Numbered from the stretch's first letter, positions 49,380 through 59,223 are shown. The stretch: DNA of 64,000 nt from an uncultured delta proteobacterium (GCA_963769935.1 CAVYNY010000016.1:128001-192000), one strand, 5' to 3'. Numbers and translations are program-made. The notes: generated by a model from the sequence alone, not told the origin.

Positions 49380-50378
49380 TTGGCCGGGAGAACAAACCGT
49401 CATCTGCTCGAAATTACCGACCTGGATGTCAGTTTTGAACTGCAACAGGGCCTTGCCCATGCCCTGCGGGGAATCGATCTGTGCCTGAACAGCGACGAAA
49501 CCCACGCCCTGGTCGGCGAGTCGGGGTCCGGCAAGACGGTGACTTCCATGTGTGTCATGGGTTTGCTGGCTGTTCCGCCCTGCCGGGTGAATCGCGGAAA
49601 AATTCTGTTTCAGGGCCGGGACCTGTTGACGCTTTCCGAACCGCAGAAGCGCAGGCTGCGGGGCAAAGACATCGGCATGATATTCCAGGAACCCGGCAAA
49701 TACCTCAACCCGGCTTTTAAAATCGGCGAGCAGATCACGGAGTCACTGATTTTGCATTTTAAGATGGAACGCAGGCAGGCGGTCGAACAGGCATTGGAAT
49801 TGCTCGGTCTCGTCGGTCTGGGGCAAACCAGGCGGGTTTTGTCCAGTTATCCTCACGAGCTTTCCGGCGGCATGAAGCAGCGGGCCATGATTGCCATGGC
49901 CATTGCCTGTCATCCGGCCCTGCTGATCGCCGATGAACCGACCACGGCCCTGGATGTAACCCTGCAGCTGCAGATTCTGAGGCTGATTCACAGACTCAAG
50001 ACAAAGTTCTCGATGGGAATTTTATTCATTTCGCATGACCTGGGAGTGGTCAAAGAGATTGCAGATCGAATATCGGTTATTTACGCCGGAAGGATCGTCG
50101 AATCAGCCTCCGCCGAACAGCTGTTTGAAAACCCCCTGCATCCATATACAAAATTACTGTTGTTGTCCATACCGGATGCCGCCAAACGGGGAACTCGCTT
50201 GCGGGCGATTCCGGGAAACGTACCCGATGCGCAGCACATTCCTCCGGGATGCAGTTTCCACCCGCGCTGCCCTCTGGCTGAGGACGGATGCCGCCGGGAG
50301 ATACCCCCGAGCATCTACTATGAAGACGGCCATCAGGCGGCCTGTTTTATGATCGGCAAAAAATGGATCGATTCCTAG
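49380..50378 (+). CDS. Opp/Dpp-type ABC ATPase D
   Basis: GESGSGKT, YPHELSGGMKQR, DEPTTALD, HPYT, GC.FHPRC. Confidence 0.93.
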   Translation: MAGRTNRHLLEITDLDVSFELQQGLAHALRGIDLCLNSDETHALVGESGSGKTVTSMCVMGLLAVPPCRVNRGKILFQGRDLLTLSEPQKRRLRGKDIGMIFQEPGKYLNPAFKIGEQITESLILHFKMERRQAVEQALELLGLVGLGQTRRVLSSYPHELSGGMKQRAMIAMAIACHPALLIADEPTTALDVTLQLQILRLIHRLKTKFSMGILFISHDLGVVKEIADRISVIYAGRIVESASAEQLFENPLHPYTKLLLLSIPDAAKRGTRLRAIPGNVPDAQHIPPGCSFHPRCPLAEDGCRREIPPSIYYEDGHQAACFMIGKKWIDS

Positions 50379-51328
50379 AAATAAGAAGTCTGGTAAAGCA
50401 CTTCTACGGCCGGGGTATGCTTAATAAGCGCAGGGTCGCCGCGCGCGCCGTCGACGGGGTAAGTTTCGGCATCGAGCACAGCGCGGTTTTCGGGCTGGTG
50501 GGTGAATCCGGCTGCGGCAAAACCACCCTGGTTCGATCGGTCCTCTATCTGGATCCGCCCACTTCCGGCGAGGTCTGGTTTGACGGAACCCAGCTCGGCT
50601 CGCTGTCACCCCGGCGCCTCAGAACGTTTAGAAAAAGAATGCAAATTGTTTTTCAGGACCCCAACAGTGCCTTGAACCCTAAAATGAGGATAAAAGACAG
50701 CCTGGCGGAAGGGCTCGTCAATCTCAAATTTCCGGTCCGGGAAAGATCCCGGCAGATAAAAAAAATGCTTGATCTGGTCGGTATTGCGGCCGCTCACCGC
50801 TCGCGTTATCCGCATGAGTTTTCAGGAGGCCAGAAACAGCGCATTGTAATCGCCCGCGCGTTGTGCATGAAACCGGATTTTCTGGTGCTGGATGAACCGG
50901 TATCCAATCTGGACGTTTCCATCCAGGCCCAGATCATCAATCTTTTGGTGGACCTCAAAAAGGAGCTGGCGCTCACGTATCTGTTCATCTCCCACGATCT
51001 GAATCTGGTGGCCTATTTCAGCGATCGGATTGGGGTGATGTATAAGGGAAGGTTGGTTGAGGTAGCCTCGACCGAGCAACTGATGAATCATCCCTGCCAT
51101 CCTTACACCTTAAAGCTGTTTTCCTCGATACCCGGAAAGCAGAAAGTCTCGGAAGAAGCCGCCCCGGGCGAAGCATCAGAGCGTCTCAAAAGCCAGAATG
51201 CCGCAGCGTGGCCGGCATCGTGTCCGTATACGTCCGGCTGCTCTCTGGGCGACCGGGCCTGCAGCGAAGCCGAACCCGAGCTAAGAGAAATCGGCGCCGG
51301 ACACCAGGTGGCCTGTTTTAAAGTATGA
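50363..51328 (+). CDS. Opp/Dpp-type ABC ATPase F
   Basis: GESGCGKT, YPHEFSGGQKQR, DEPVSNLDVS, HPYT, GHQVAC. Confidence 0.93.
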   Translation: MDRFLEIRSLVKHFYGRGMLNKRRVAARAVDGVSFGIEHSAVFGLVGESGCGKTTLVRSVLYLDPPTSGEVWFDGTQLGSLSPRRLRTFRKRMQIVFQDPNSALNPKMRIKDSLAEGLVNLKFPVRERSRQIKKMLDLVGIAAAHRSRYPHEFSGGQKQRIVIARALCMKPDFLVLDEPVSNLDVSIQAQIINLLVDLKKELALTYLFISHDLNLVAYFSDRIGVMYKGRLVEVASTEQLMNHPCHPYTLKLFSSIPGKQKVSEEAAPGEASERLKSQNAAAWPASCPYTSGCSLGDRACSEAEPELREIGAGHQVACFKV

Positions 51329-51577
51329 AGGTTCAGGGTTCAGAGGTTTGGCGCTTCGCGCTGCCCGCTGCGACCCCGCATGCAGGGTTTTGGTTTAAAG
51401 GATAAAGGTTTTGGGTGTCCCGGCGCGGACCGCTGGCATCCGCAGTTTTCAGTTTGATCGAAAAATAAACTCTAATAAAAGGCGAAAACCCGCCTGCCAC
51501 GCATCGTGGGTTGGGCTAGCGTAATCAATAACTTATTGAGCAAACAGTGCGCAACGCAAATAAAGGAGGAGGAGACC

Positions 51578-53089
51578 ATGAAACAATTTTTTTCTTTAGC
51601 TTTCTGCTTGAGTCTGACAATTCTTCTGGGAGCCGGTATTGCGCTGACCGCCGGCCCGGCCGCAGCCCGAACATTAAACTTTGCACTGAGCGGAAATCCG
51701 GACACGTTGGATCCTCAAAAGACTGCGGGGACTCTAACCTTCCAGACCCTGAAATCAGTTTATGATACTCTGGCGGAACCGGATCCGAGCGGGAAAATCG
51801 TTCCGGCGCTGGCAGACAGATGGGAGGTCTCCGGCGATGCCCTCACCTGGACATTTTATCTTAGAAAAGATGTCGTTTTTCACAACGGGGACAAACTGAC
51901 CGCCAAAGATGTCAAGGCAACTTTTGACCGGATCATGGACAAGGCCACGGCTTCGCCCAAGGCCAAAGAATTTAGTGCGATCGCGGCGATCGAGACGCCC
52001 GACGATTTTACCGTGATCTTAAAATTAAAGGAACCGGCCTCGCCCCTGTTGGCCACGCTGGCTTCAGGTTGGGGTGCCATTTTGCCCAAACGCCTGATCG
52101 ACAGCGGCCATGATTTCGGAGCCCAGCCCGTCGGCACCGGCCCTTTTGAGCTCAAAAAATGGGTGCGGGACAGCCAGATCGTCCTTGAAAAAAACAAGAA
52201 TTACTGGATGAAAGGCCATCCCAAGCTGGACCAGGTTATCATGGACATCATCCCGGAGCGGGCCGTTGCGATTCAGGGTCTCATATCCGATCAGATCGAT
52301 GTGGCCTATCTCATCGACAAAGACGACCTGCCGATCCTGGAAGCCAGCCCGGATGTGAAAATCGAAAAATCAATGACGTCCCTGATTCTGGTGATGTCCA
52401 TCAATTGCAGCAATCCCGTATTACAGGATCTGCGGGTGCGCCAGGCGATCAATCTGGCCATCGACAAGCAAAAAGTGCTGGATGTAGCCTATAACGGCGG
52501 CAAACCGATCGGGACATTTATGGACTACGGCAATGCCTATTACAAGGATTTCACCGCGATGTATCCTTACGATCCGGAAAAAGCGCGCAAGCTGCTGGCC
52601 GAAGCCGGCGTCGGCCCGGAAACGACCTTTGAGCTGTATTTGCCCCAAAATTACGAGATGCATGTCAAAGCCGGTGAAATGTACCAGGACATGCTGACTA
52701 AAGTCGGGCTGAATGTTAAAATCAAGCTGGTGGACTGGTCGACCTGGATCAGCGATGTCTATCGGGATGCAAAATATGACCTGACCGTCATCGGACACAC
52801 CGGCAAACTCGATCCCGACGGAACCCTGGCCGGTTATGGAACGCAAAGTCGCTATGTCAGATGGATAAATCCCCGTGCCGCCGGGCTGATTGATGAAGCC
52901 CGCAAAGTGTCCGGGTTCGAAAACCGCAAAAAGCTCTATGACGAAGTATTGGAAATCATGGCCAGGGAAGTCCCTTTCATGTATTTGGGAACATCATACC
53001 GCTACACGGCTGTCAGAAAAAATGTGTCCGATTTCAGAATTACCCCGATACTGGATACGTTTGACTTCAGGTGGACCACACTTAAATAG
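51578..53089 (+). CDS. Family 5 (peptide/nickel) ABC substrate-binding protein
   Basis: Signal peptide (AAA|R), TLDP, VFHNG, PVGTGPF, VRQAIN.AID, YDPEKARKLL. Confidence 0.93.
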   Translation: MKQFFSLAFCLSLTILLGAGIALTAGPAAARTLNFALSGNPDTLDPQKTAGTLTFQTLKSVYDTLAEPDPSGKIVPALADRWEVSGDALTWTFYLRKDVVFHNGDKLTAKDVKATFDRIMDKATASPKAKEFSAIAAIETPDDFTVILKLKEPASPLLATLASGWGAILPKRLIDSGHDFGAQPVGTGPFELKKWVRDSQIVLEKNKNYWMKGHPKLDQVIMDIIPERAVAIQGLISDQIDVAYLIDKDDLPILEASPDVKIEKSMTSLILVMSINCSNPVLQDLRVRQAINLAIDKQKVLDVAYNGGKPIGTFMDYGNAYYKDFTAMYPYDPEKARKLLAEAGVGPETTFELYLPQNYEMHVKAGEMYQDMLTKVGLNVKIKLVDWSTWISDVYRDAKYDLTVIGHTGKLDPDGTLAGYGTQSRYVRWINPRAAGLIDEARKVSGFENRKKLYDEVLEIMAREVPFMYLGTSYRYTAVRKNVSDFRITPILDTFDFRWTTLK

Positions 53090-53148
53090 GCTAAGAATCG
53101 AGCGCCATAGACGGAGCGACATTAATCAGAAATCTGGTTTGAATCTAA

Positions 53149-53219
53149 GGAGTGATGGAGTAGTGGAGTAATGGAGTAATGCCGATCAATCCCAACACTC
53201 CAACACTCCAATACCCCAT
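53149..53219. repeat. Inverted octamer arrays (GGAGTAAT ... ACACTCCA) forming a hairpin
   Basis: ggagtgatggagtagtggagtaatggagtaatg ... caacactccaacactccaatacccca. Confidence 0.7.
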
Positions 53220-53233
53220 AGTTTTTTTCCATC

Positions 53234-54043
53234 ATGCATACTCGTCGCAACATCATATTTTATCTTTCCATCATTTTTCTGGTGATGCTGGGCGCCGCCG
53301 CCGCGGCGGCGCCCCTGATCGCGCCGTACAACCCAACCGCCCAGAACCTGGAGCAGCGGTTTAAGGCACCAGATCGGCTGCACTTTCTGGGCACCGACAA
53401 CTTCGGCCGGGATATATTCAGCCGTGTCATTTTCGGATCCCGGTCCGCCCTGCTGGTCGGTATTGTGGCCGTCACGATCGCGGTTGTTATCGGCACGGTT
53501 GCAGGGCTGGCAGCCGGCTTGGCGGAAGGGTATGTCGACAACCTTTTAATGCTGCTGATGGACAGCCTGCTCTCGTTTCCAACCATTTTGCTGGCCATAA
53601 CCGTGGTGTCTTTTCTGGGCTACGGCCTGCTCCAGGTGATGCTGGCCATCGGCGTCATCTTCAGCCCGGTGTTTGCCCGCCTGGTCCGGGCGGAAACTCT
53701 GGCCATCAAGACCGAAGCATACGTCGAAGCTTCACGGTCTCTGGGCAGCCCGATCGTCAAAACAGTTTACAAACATATTATTCCCAACCTGCTCGGCAAA
53801 GTCATCGTTCAATGCTCCATTACCTTTGCGCTCACGATCGTGATCGAGGCATCTCTCGCGTACCTGGGGCTTGGCTCCCAGCCGCCGACGCCAAGCTGGG
53901 GATTAATGCTCAAGGACGCCCGCAACTATCTCGCGCTGGCGCCCTGGATGGCGATTTATCCCGGCCTGGCATTGGCGTTGACGGTTCTATGCTTCAACAT
54001 CCTGGGGGACGCTTTATCGGAAAAATTGAATCCGAAGCTATAA
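53234..54043 (+). CDS. Opp/Dpp-type ABC permease C
   Basis: LGTDNFGRDIFSR, YVEASRSLG, EASL.YLGLG..PP.PSWG.ML. Confidence 0.93.
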   Translation: MHTRRNIIFYLSIIFLVMLGAAAAAAPLIAPYNPTAQNLEQRFKAPDRLHFLGTDNFGRDIFSRVIFGSRSALLVGIVAVTIAVVIGTVAGLAAGLAEGYVDNLLMLLMDSLLSFPTILLAITVVSFLGYGLLQVMLAIGVIFSPVFARLVRAETLAIKTEAYVEASRSLGSPIVKTVYKHIIPNLLGKVIVQCSITFALTIVIEASLAYLGLGSQPPTPSWGLMLKDARNYLALAPWMAIYPGLALALTVLCFNILGDALSEKLNPKL

Positions 54044-54476
54044 AGAATTAAGAGTCTATTGCGCTTATTGCGTTTGTTGAGTTGATTTCGCGTTGCGGGT
54101 TGTAGGTTGCAGCACTTAAGTATCATGTGCCAGTCCAATTGCTGGTCGCCCACAGCGACGCTGACACCTGCCACCTCATATGAAACTACATCTCACACAG
54201 AGCGCTCAGAGATCACAGAGGTCTGGGTTTACAGGCGCCTGCGGCGAAAGAAAAATGTTCTCTGCGGTCTCTGTGAGCTCTAACGGCTTGTCGGGTCGTA
54301 GCTCGAAGAGCGAAGCCTGAAAGTGGGCGTGATATTAAATCCAACTGTGTCCGATTTCCAAAAGTTTCTTTTATGATCAGACCGGCCGTCGTTTTGGCCG
54401 GCGGCGGCGCTGACACCCAATTTGTGTTGTCTGTCTTCTGTCATCGTCTGTCATCTTGACCAATAAGGAGAGCACT

Positions 54477-55292
54477 TTGCAAATCGGCATCTTATCTGAC
54501 CTGCATATCGATCTCGAAAATAACCAACCCGGCGGCATTTTGGCGGGACTGGTTGCAGCGGTGAATGAAAATAAGGTCGAAACCGTAATTATTGCCGGCG
54601 ACGTGGCCAATGATTATGAAATCACGCTGGATTTCCTGCACGACTTTGAAAAAGCGTGCAACGTGCGCTGTCTCTTTGTTCCCGGCAATCACGACATCTG
54701 GAACGAAAAACACCCGGGCAAATCTTCTTGGGACATCTATCAGGCGCTGCAGTCGTTCGCAGGCAATCTGGCCAGCGGTCCGGTCGCACTGACCGATGAC
54801 TGGATCGTCATCGGGGACCTCGGCTGGTATGATTATTCCTTTGGCAGCCCGAAATACACGGCCGCAGAATTCGATCGCATGCAGATCAAAGGACGCCTCT
54901 GGCAAGATAAGGTTAAAGCGGTATGGGGAATATCCACCGTCGAGATGCATGACTTCTTTTATAATAAGCTTGAACAGCAGCTGGAAGCCTTTAAAAATAA
55001 ACGCATCATTTTCGTAACCCACGTGCTGCCCATCCTTGACTTCACAGTACAGCCACCGGATGTAATGTGGAATTATCTGAATGCATTCCTTGGCAGTGCG
55101 CAATACGGAGAGCTGGCATTAAAATATTCAGTGGCGTACTCCATCAGCGGTCACGTTCATTACCGTCGGCAGGTCAAACACAAAGATACGATGTTCATTT
55201 GCAACTGTTTGAATTACGCCAGCCAGTGGTATGACAACACTGATCCGGTTGTTGAAGTTCGAAGGGCCTTTAAAACCATTGAGATTAATTAA
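54477..55292 (+). CDS. Calcineurin-like metallophosphoesterase
   Basis: TTG after AAGGAG; SDLH, AGD, PGNHD, GWYDYSF, TH, GHVH. Confidence 0.9.
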   Translation: MQIGILSDLHIDLENNQPGGILAGLVAAVNENKVETVIIAGDVANDYEITLDFLHDFEKACNVRCLFVPGNHDIWNEKHPGKSSWDIYQALQSFAGNLASGPVALTDDWIVIGDLGWYDYSFGSPKYTAAEFDRMQIKGRLWQDKVKAVWGISTVEMHDFFYNKLEQQLEAFKNKRIIFVTHVLPILDFTVQPPDVMWNYLNAFLGSAQYGELALKYSVAYSISGHVHYRRQVKHKDTMFICNCLNYASQWYDNTDPVVEVRRAFKTIEIN

Positions 55293-55501
55293 TCCGCCCT
55301 GAAAAATAAAGTCCTGGCGGTTGTGCATTGTTCTATGTAAATTGAAGAAAGTTGGTAGATCGAAGGTTCAGCGGATTAATTAGCTTTTTGTTCTTGACAA
55401 CACAACCTCGATCTCTTAACTTTTTATATTATTAGTTACTACGCTTTCAAAGAATCATATTCAAACCTGAACACACACTATTTTTCAGGGCGGATTAATT
55501 A
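55286..55501. repeat. Perfect 23-bp inverted repeat bracketing the thi promoter region
   Basis: TAATTAATCCGCCCTGAAAAATA (55286-55308) and TATTTTTCAGGGCGGATTAATTA (55479-55501). TTGACA-N17-TAACTT at 55394-55422 lies between them. Confidence 0.8.
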
Positions 55502-55502
55502 A

Positions 55503-55576
55503 TATTAGGGGTGGCTTCCGAAGCCTGAGATTACACCCTTTGAACCTGATCTGGATAATGCCAGCGTAGGGAAACG
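55503..55576 (+). ncRNA. TPP (THI-box) riboswitch
   Basis: GGGGTG...GCCTGAGA..ACACCCTTTGAACCTGATCTGGATAATGCCAGCGTAGGGAA, upstream of thiM. Confidence 0.95.
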
Positions 55577-55606
55577 AGTGGAAGAACAATTGCGAGATGC
55601 AAACCC

Positions 55607-55635
55607 AGCCGTTTCCCGGAGGAAACGGCTTTTTT
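55607..55635 (+). terminator. Terminator of the TPP riboswitch expression platform
   Basis: AGCCGTTTCC-cgga-GGAAACGGCT-TTTTT. The 5' arm can alternatively pair with aptamer GGGAAACG. Confidence 0.85.
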
Positions 55636-55706
55636 ATTTTGTATATAATCTAAGCTTATTTTTTTCAGGCCGAACCATAAGAGCAAAATTAAAAAGAGGC
55701 TAAATT

Positions 55707-56513
55707 ATGACAAGTCTATCGGATAAAGCGGCGGAAAATCTGGCCGCACTTCGCAAAAAAAAACCGCTGATTCACAATATCACCAACTTCGTCGTCATGA
55801 ATTATACGGCCAATGCCCTTCTGGCAATGGGCGCGTCACCTGTAATGGCCCATGCTCAAAACGAAGTGGAAGATATGGTTTCATTTGCCGGTGCACTGGT
55901 TCTCAACATCGGCACCCTGACGGATGATTGGGTCGCTTCCATGATCAAAGCCGGCAAAAAAGCCACCGCTTTGGGCATACCGATCATCCTGGACCCGGTG
56001 GGTTCCGGCGCAACTGCCTTGCGGACAAACTCGGCCAAAAAAATTATCGAGGCGGCGGCCGTCCGTGTCATCCGCGGCAATGCATCGGAAATTCTATCTT
56101 TGCGGCATGAGGACTCCGGCACCAAAGGCGTGGATTCGGTGCACTCCGTCGACGATGCCGCGGAAACAGCCAAAATACTGGCACAGGCACTGACCACCAC
56201 CCTGGCGATTACCGGTCCGGTGGATCTGGTCACCGATGGCCGACGGGTGGTCCGGATATCAAACGGCCATCCGCTGATGGGGTTTGTCACGGGCACCGGC
56301 TGCGCAGCAACGGTTACCATCGGCGCATTTCTGGCAGTGGACAACGACCCGGTCAGTGCGACGGCAAGCGCCCTGGCATACTTCGGACTGGCCGGCGAAG
56401 TGGCCGGTCAGTCGGCATCGGCCCCGGGAAGTTTTATGATTCAGATGCTCGATGCCCTTTACACCATTACACCGGAAAAGCTGAGGGAAGGATGCAAGAT
56501 TCAAAATGAATGA
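55707..56513 (+). CDS. thiM: Hydroxyethylthiazole kinase
   Basis: PLIHNITNFV..N..AN.LLA.GASPVM, LNIGTL, LDPVG, RGNASEI, TGTGC. Confidence 0.96.
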   Translation: MTSLSDKAAENLAALRKKKPLIHNITNFVVMNYTANALLAMGASPVMAHAQNEVEDMVSFAGALVLNIGTLTDDWVASMIKAGKKATALGIPIILDPVGSGATALRTNSAKKIIEAAAVRVIRGNASEILSLRHEDSGTKGVDSVHSVDDAAETAKILAQALTTTLAITGPVDLVTDGRRVVRISNGHPLMGFVTGTGCAATVTIGAFLAVDNDPVSATASALAYFGLAGEVAGQSASAPGSFMIQMLDALYTITPEKLREGCKIQNE

Positions 56514-56686
56514 GATCCAATTCAATTTTTGCGAAACGCCTCACCGCCGAGAGCGCAAAGCGCGCAGAGATTATTTAGAATTTTCTTCCTCAGCGTTCTC
56601 TGCGGTGAACTATAGTGTTTCTTTTTTGACCAGACCGGCCCTTGTATTGGCTGACGGCCGTGCTGACATCTATATCGATATTCGCC

Positions 56687-57337
56687 ATGAAGCTTCAGAA
56701 AATTGATTACTCATTATACCTCGTCACCGACCGTGGTCTGGCAAAAGGCCGCGCTACCCTGGAAATCGTCAGGGCGGCTGTGGAAGGGGGCGTCACCTGC
56801 GTACAGTTGCGGGAAAAAGAATGCTCGACCCGGGAATTCATCGAACAGGCTTTGGCTGTTAATGAATTTCTCAAAGAGCGCGGGGTGCCGCTTATTATCA
56901 ATGACCGGGTGGATGTGGCGCTGGCTGTTGCAGCGGACGGTGTGCATCTCGGCCAGACCGACATGCCGCTGAAAGCCGCTCGCAAGATTCTGGGAGACTC
57001 AATGATCATCGGTATATCCGCCGAGTCGCCTGAAGACGCCGTTGAAGCTGAAAGAGGCGGTGCGGACTACCTGGGGATCAGCCCGATTTATGCCACCCCC
57101 ACCAAGACCGATACCGCGCCGCCGCTCGGCCTGGAGGGTTTGCGTGCAATCAGAGAGGCCGTGAAATTACCGCTCGTGGGCATTGGCGGATTAAACCGGG
57201 ACAATGCCGCCGAAGTCATCAGAAGCGGCGGCACCGGGGTGGCGGTGGTGTCGGCCATCGCAGCCGCCGGTGATCCGGCCGCCGCCGCGCGCAGCCTCAG
57301 GCAAATCATCGATAAGGCCAAAAAAACATGGACTTAA
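56687..57337 (+). CDS. thiE: Thiamine-phosphate synthase
   Basis: LYLVTD, VQLREK, INDRVD, GVHLGQ.D, TPTK, IGG, AVVSAI. Confidence 0.96.
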   Translation: MKLQKIDYSLYLVTDRGLAKGRATLEIVRAAVEGGVTCVQLREKECSTREFIEQALAVNEFLKERGVPLIINDRVDVALAVAADGVHLGQTDMPLKAARKILGDSMIIGISAESPEDAVEAERGGADYLGISPIYATPTKTDTAPPLGLEGLRAIREAVKLPLVGIGGLNRDNAAEVIRSGGTGVAVVSAIAAAGDPAAAARSLRQIIDKAKKTWT

Positions 57338-58338
57338 AAGAAATCGGAGAGTTCGGCTTTATCAAAAAGATCAGCCGGGGATGCCTGATTCGACCGGAAA
57401 GGGTTATTAAGGCCATCGGCGACGATGCGGCCGCCTTTACGACGGACCCCGATAAAGTTGCGCTTATCACGACCGACTTGCTGGTCGAGCGCATCCACTT
57501 TTTGAGAAAGTCGATATCCGGCTTTGACTTGGGATATAAATCCCTGGCCGTCAATTTAAGCGACATCGCGGCCATGGGCGGTACGGCCTGCGAAGCATTT
57601 GTCAGCATCGCCGTCCCGCCGGATTGCTCACTGTCGTATCTGGAGGCCGTTTACGACGGGATGAAGACATTGGCAGCGAGATTCGATGTCAACATCCTGG
57701 GCGGAGACACGACCACCTCTAAAATCGATCTGATTATCAATGTGGTGGTGTATGGATCGGTGGACCGCGAACAACTGCTGTGCCGGGACGCCGCCCGGCC
57801 CGGTGACCTAATTTTTTCGACCGGGTACCTGGGAGACAGCAGGGCCGGTTTACACTTGATCCTCAATAATATCCCGGCCGAAACCGATCGATTGCAAAAT
57901 CTGGTGCACGCCCATCTTCGCCCCGAACCCCACCTGCAGGAAGGACGTTTTTTAGCGCAGCAGTCTGCCGTCAGGGCGGCGATCGACACCAGCGATGGAC
58001 TGAGTTCCGACCTGGGCCACATTGTCGAGGAAAGCAGTGTCGGCGCAACCCTCTATTATGAAGACATTCCCGTCTCCCAAAACCTTAAGGCATTTTGCGG
58101 ACAATTTAATTTTGACCCGGCCGAATACGCCTTGTCCGGCGGCGAAGATTATACCCTGCTTTGCACCATAGCACCCGCTGAAGCCGAAAGAATCGCCGGG
58201 GATTTTCAAACGACGTTCAATCGCCGACTTTTCAGGATCGGTGAAATTACGGCGGAGAAAAGAATGCAGCTCATATATCCGGATGGGTCAGCCGGGCAGA
58301 TTGCCCTCAGCGGGTGGGATCATTTCAGGACCGGGTAA
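57328..58338 (+). CDS. thiL: Thiamine-monophosphate kinase
   Basis: GEFGFI, IGDDAA, AVNLSDIAAMG, GGDT, D.SDGL, GGEDY. Confidence 0.95.
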   Translation: MDLKEIGEFGFIKKISRGCLIRPERVIKAIGDDAAAFTTDPDKVALITTDLLVERIHFLRKSISGFDLGYKSLAVNLSDIAAMGGTACEAFVSIAVPPDCSLSYLEAVYDGMKTLAARFDVNILGGDTTTSKIDLIINVVVYGSVDREQLLCRDAARPGDLIFSTGYLGDSRAGLHLILNNIPAETDRLQNLVHAHLRPEPHLQEGRFLAQQSAVRAAIDTSDGLSSDLGHIVEESSVGATLYYEDIPVSQNLKAFCGQFNFDPAEYALSGGEDYTLLCTIAPAEAERIAGDFQTTFNRRLFRIGEITAEKRMQLIYPDGSAGQIALSGWDHFRTG

Positions 58339-58395
58339 AAGACATCTCCAAGGCATCGAACATGATGGGAAGTTATTTGTTAGTTAGGTAACCAA

Positions 58396-59223
58396 ATGAA
58401 GCGTACAAATGAAAAACGAGAGTATTACAAGGTACTGACGATTGCCGGTTCCGACTCCGGCGGCGGAGCGGGAATTCAGGCCGATTTAAAAACCATTTCC
58501 GCCATCGGCTGTTACGGAATGTCCGTGATCACCGCTCTGACGGCCCAAAATACCCTGGGGGTCACCGGAATACACCCCGTACCCCCGTCGTTCGCCGCTG
58601 AGCAGATGACCGCCGTCTTCAGCGATATCGGCGCCGATGCCGTAAAGATCGGCATGCTGTATTCGGCCGAACTGATCAAAGTGGTGGCCGAGCAGCTGAA
58701 AAAATTTGGCGCTAAAAATATAGTTCTGGATCCGGTAATGGTGGCTCAAAGCGGGGACAAGCTATTGCAGGACGACGCCATTCAGGCCATCAAGGACCAC
58801 CTGATGCCGCTGGCGGATGTCGTGACGCCGAATCTTCCGGAAGCCCGGGTATTATTGGGCCGTGAAATCCTGGGACTCGAGGAGATGCAAACTGCGGCCG
58901 AATCTTTGGCCGAATACGGCAGCCGCAGCATTCTCATCAAAGGCGGTCATTTGCAGGAAAACAAAAGTACGGACGTGCTGTATCTGGCCGGGGAGGCGCG
59001 CTGGGTCGCACTTGAAGCCGACCGCATCGCAAGCCGCAACAACCATGGAACCGGCTGCACGCTGTCCGCGGCAATCGCCGGCTATATGGCCAAAGGCTGC
59101 GGTATTGAAAAAGCGGTCCGCCAAGCCAAGATCTACATCCAGAACGCCATTCGGGCGGGTGCGGTTTACACGCTCGGGAAAGGACACGGCCCGGTGCATC
59201 ATTTTTTCGAATTCTGGCAATAG
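58396..59223 (+). CDS. thiD: HMP/HMP-P kinase
   Basis: LTIAGSDSGGGAGIQADLKT, KIGML, DPVM, TPNLPEA, KGGH, HGTGCT. Confidence 0.96.
   Translation: MKRTNEKREYYKVLTIAGSDSGGGAGIQADLKTISAIGCYGMSVITALTAQNTLGVTGIHPVPPSFAAEQMTAVFSDIGADAVKIGMLYSAELIKVVAEQLKKFGAKNIVLDPVMVAQSGDKLLQDDAIQAIKDHLMPLADVVTPNLPEARVLLGREILGLEEMQTAAESLAEYGSRSILIKGGHLQENKSTDVLYLAGEARWVALEADRIASRNNHGTGCTLSAAIAGYMAKGCGIEKAVRQAKIYIQNAIRAGAVYTLGKGHGPVHHFFEFWQ

Noticed and set aside
1000..54455. Short tandem arrays read as CRISPR arrays
   Set aside because: The units are 7-9 bp, degenerate and contiguous, with no unique spacers and no cas genes.
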